In this document: piece after piece, positions 61,111 through 64,000 of the stretch
Position numbering within the stretch: the stretch's first letter is position 1
How the letters are laid out: each line of letters begins with the position of its first letter
Assembly (NCBI GenBank): GCA_050015395.1
Contig: JBEKBM010000005.1
Coordinates: 57,997 to 121,996, forward strand
Direction: 5' to 3'
Origin: Candidatus Bathyarchaeia archaeon
GTDB taxonomy: Archaea > Thermoproteota > Bathyarchaeia > Bathyarchaeales > Bathycorpusculaceae
DNA length: 64,000 nucleotides
Notes under the pieces: generated by a model
Database searches by the model: none
Seen by the model: the letters and a program-made list of their open reading frames with translations, nothing else
Told to the model about the DNA's origin: nothing
Translations under genes and position numbers: made by a program

Positions 61111-61321
61111 GGAAACCAAAAAAAAACCGAAAAGAGCAAGCACGCTTCCTTTTGGCGCTCTGTTGAAAGTCATCTTCTGTTCAGTTTTCTCAGGACTATT
61201 TTTGTGTTGTACCTTACAAACTTCGTTAAACTGGTGTTAGGGTTTTGTTCGACCAGAGCGTGAAGTGCGCCGTCCACCATTGATGAGTAATGGATATTTG
61301 TTGGTAGAGAGATGTATCAGG

Positions 61322-64000
61322 TCAGATACGCACGATGAACGGATTGCTTGTACCGGTGTGACCGCTGCCATCGTTCGCAGTAATGGTGACCCTTGAACTG
61401 GTCGTGGTAAGCGTCACGGAGCCCGACCATACGCCGTTCAACCAGCCGCTAGTACCTGTGCTCGTAGGAGTGATCGTCCCAATTCCGGTGGAAGCCGAGA
61501 AGCCAACCGAGCTGGCGTAGCTTGTAACTGTGTTGCCATACGCGTCTTTAGCGGTAATCGTTATTCTGAAAGCAGTGCCAGCAGTCTGAGTGCTAATAGT
61601 GTTGAAGACGAAGGTGCTGAGGGCGCCTGGATTCACTGTGAACGTGTTGCTCGCACTGCGCGTGCTGCCATGTGTCGCAGTAATGGTGACGCCTGTACCT
61701 GACTTGGTCACATAAACATTTCCAGTATATACGCCGTTAGTGAAGGTCACCAGTGATATACTGACAGTTCCGCCTGCACCGCCGCCGGTTTCAGTCAAAG
61801 TCGTTGAACTATCATAGCTTGTAACTGTGTTGCCATACGCGTCTTTAGCGGTAATCGTTATTCTGAAAGCAGTGCCAGCAGTCTGAGTGCTAATAGTGTT
61901 GAAGACGAAGTGGTTAAGGGCTCCATAGTACATCAATGTTATTGTTTGAGCCGAGTTCATAGTCGCCGGGTTATTTGTGTAACTACTGAAAGTATAGCCT
62001 TTGTAAGGACTCTGCGGACTGCTGACGGTTACGGTTGTGGAAGCATCGGTCCATTGGGTCCATGGCGTATTATGCTGTTGGTGTGTATATGTGGTTCCAC
62101 TCATTGTGTATGTAACTGCAAATGTTCCACCTATTGCTCCAGTGGGGCTAGCTGTCACGGTAACTTGGTACTGATGCGTCCACGAAGCAGTCTCAGTGAT
62201 GGCAGCATTCATGGTGACGGCATGGATAGCTGGGTTGTTAGTGCCCGTGTAGCTTCCTGAGCCTGTTCCTTTCCAACCGTGCCAGAGGTACCGCTCACCA
62301 CTGCCTGTACTAGGGGCAGTGGCTGAAATCGTTACAGTAGAGCCAGCATTATGCCATCCGCTTGAGGGATTAACGGTGCCAAAGTTCGTGGACGTCGTTA
62401 GCCAGTACTGGGTTTGATAGTGGCCGTTTATGGTTCCGGGTGCGGAAACTGTGAAGGCGGTGCTTTGGAGGGTTGAGAGTCCCGTTGTGGATGCCCAAAC
62501 GTATTGTTTGCCGTTTGCTGTTACGACCAGTGGAGATTCGAATGCGAAGCTGTGGCTTGAACTGCTGTTCCACCATAAGGCTGGTAGAGCGCGTGCCGCA
62601 TAGTTGTTGCCGTCAATAGTCACTAAGGTCCCGCTGAAGTCGCTTCCAACGCCAGACTGGGCGAAGGTGACGAGATACTGAGTCGTGTATGTTATGGTTT
62701 GTGTGGTTTGGGATGGGACGCTCATTGTTCCTGACGCCTGGGATGCTTGGTACCGGATTCCGGTGCTGCCGGCTATGGGAGTTAATACACTCCACGAGTA
62801 GCTTCCGGAAGCGATGCCTCTGAAGACTATTGTAGACGTTTTTGAAGACAGTAACACACCATTGAATGTGGCACTCCAAGATTTTCCTGCAGGCAAACCT
62901 GTCTGAGTGAACGTAACCGAGTACGTCGTAGTAGTGGTGAGAGTGAAAGTCGCCGTGATATTGCCGGGGCCGTTTATTGTTGCCGTGGTATCTGCAAAGT
63001 TTGCATCAGCAAAAGTGATTGACCCAGTATTGCTTGACCAAGTTGAGAACGAGTAACCACTGTTTGCTGTGGCAGATATGCTAAGAGAACCAGTATCCTC
63101 CCAAACATTGGTGCCAGCAGGAGATGTTGATCCACTTCCAGAGGGACTAACAACAAAAGTCACCTCGTACTGGTGGGTCCATGAAGCAGTCTCGTTGATT
63201 GGTCCATTCATAGTGATGGCGTTGCCGGTTGTGGGGTTATCGGTACCCGTGTAACTTCCGGTTCCAACTCCTGTCCAGCCGTTCCAAACGTACTTCTCGC
63301 CAGCTCCTGCTGTGGGGGCGGTTGCGGTGATGTCTAAGCTTGAGCCTGCGTCATGCCAGCTGACCCCAACGCTCGGAGAAGTCGACCCATAATTCGTAGC
63401 CATAGTCAAACTGTACTGAAGAGTCCAAGAAGCAGTCTCGTTGACGGGCCCATTCATAGTGACGGCGCTGCCAGTAGTCGGGTTATCCGTGCCCGTATAG
63501 TTTCCTGAACCTATCCCAGTCCAGCCGTTCCAAACGTATTTCTCGCCAGACCCTGCTGTAGGAGCAGTCGCAGAAATATCCAAGCCTGAACCCGCATCAT
63601 GCCAGCTGACCCCAACGCTCGGAGAAGTCGACCCATAATTCGTAGCCATAGTCAAACTGTACTGAAGAGTCCAAGAGAACGTCAAAGTCTCAGGACCGCT
63701 AACACTCGCAATACTCTGAGTGCTCGGACCAGAAACAACCCATTCATCCTGACCTGCCGTAACCACATCTGGACTCGTCACTGAAACACTGAAGGGGCTA
63801 CCCGCCGTAACCCATTGAGAACTCTCAGTTGGGCTGCCGTGAGTGCTGGTAACCGTGATGTAGAAGTTATGAGTCCAGTCAAACTGCACAGAATAAGCCG
63901 CGTCAACATCGTTGAAGGTTGCAGAGTTACTCAATGTTGCGGGTGAGCTGTCAACTATCAGGCCAGTTAAGTTCCATTGCTCAGAGCCAGAGGTAACTAT
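61322..64000 (-). CDS. Large Thr/Ser/Gly-rich surface protein with repeated beta-sandwich domains (5' end outside window)
   Basis: Frame stays open to 64000; ~82-aa InlB-B/Flg_new-like repeats (WxGWTG.G.GSYTG...MNGP..ETASW), a thermopsin-C-like repeat (VTFTQTGLP.G..WS) and two C-terminal Ig-like repeats. Confidence 0.85.
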   Translation of the reverse strand: MVTSGSEQWNLTGLIVDSSPATLSNSATFNDVDAAYSVQFDWTHNFYITVTSTHGSPTESSQWVTAGSPFSVSVTSPDVVTAGQDEWVVSGPSTQSIASVSGPETLTFSWTLQYSLTMATNYGSTSPSVGVSWHDAGSGLDISATAPTAGSGEKYVWNGWTGIGSGNYTGTDNPTTGSAVTMNGPVNETASWTLQYSLTMATNYGSTSPSVGVSWHDAGSSLDITATAPTAGAGEKYVWNGWTGVGTGSYTGTDNPTTGNAITMNGPINETASWTHQYEVTFVVSPSGSGSTSPAGTNVWEDTGSLSISATANSGYSFSTWSSNTGSITFADANFADTTATINGPGNITATFTLTTTTTYSVTFTQTGLPAGKSWSATFNGVLLSSKTSTIVFRGIASGSYSWSVLTPIAGSTGIRYQASQASGTMSVPSQTTQTITYTTQYLVTFAQSGVGSDFSGTLVTIDGNNYAARALPALWWNSSSSHSFAFESPLVVTANGKQYVWASTTGLSTLQSTAFTVSAPGTINGHYQTQYWLTTSTNFGTVNPSSGWHNAGSTVTISATAPSTGSGERYLWHGWKGTGSGSYTGTNNPAIHAVTMNAAITETASWTHQYQVTVTASPTGAIGGTFAVTYTMSGTTYTHQQHNTPWTQWTDASTTVTVSSPQSPYKGYTFSSYTNNPATMNSAQTITLMYYGALNHFVFNTISTQTAGTAFRITITAKDAYGNTVTSYDSSTTLTETGGGAGGTVSISLVTFTNGVYTGNVYVTKSGTGVTITATHGSTRSASNTFTVNPGALSTFVFNTISTQTAGTAFRITITAKDAYGNTVTSYASSVGFSASTGIGTITPTSTGTSGWLNGVWSGSVTLTTTSSRVTITANDGSGHTGTSNPFIVRI

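Overview
Archaeal chromosomal window. Gene content and order suggest the TACK group, most likely Bathyarchaeia (inference). Housekeeping blocks: aglB (runs off the left edge), topA, carS, radB, Clp1 kinase, XPD helicase, nth; a proteasome-alpha/SBDS/exosome operon; the S13-S4-S11-rpoD-L18e-L13-S9-rpoN operon; a split glutamate synthase operon; Lon-like protease, serA, glyA, thermosome; tRNA-Glu(CTC) with a D-loop intron and tRNA-Pro(TGG). Accessory parts: an AT-rich island (11.5-15.0 kb), a toxin-antitoxin hotspot with several remnants (15.2-18.0 kb), an MscS/ClC/H+-ATPase block, MarR-ABC genes and a repeat-rich surface protein running off the right edge. Most interesting signals: (1) a 20-bp direct repeat separating unrelated genes like cassettes around a tyrosine-recombinase-like fusion that looks catalytically dead; (2) a ~110-bp dispersed intergenic repeat, two inverted copies of which bracket the proteasome/exosome operon; (3) a ~105-nt strongly structured RNA candidate; (4) a DC2/OSTC-like membrane protein near aglB; (5) rps4 apparently starting at ACG. 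All family calls come from motif recognition by eye; no database searches were run.
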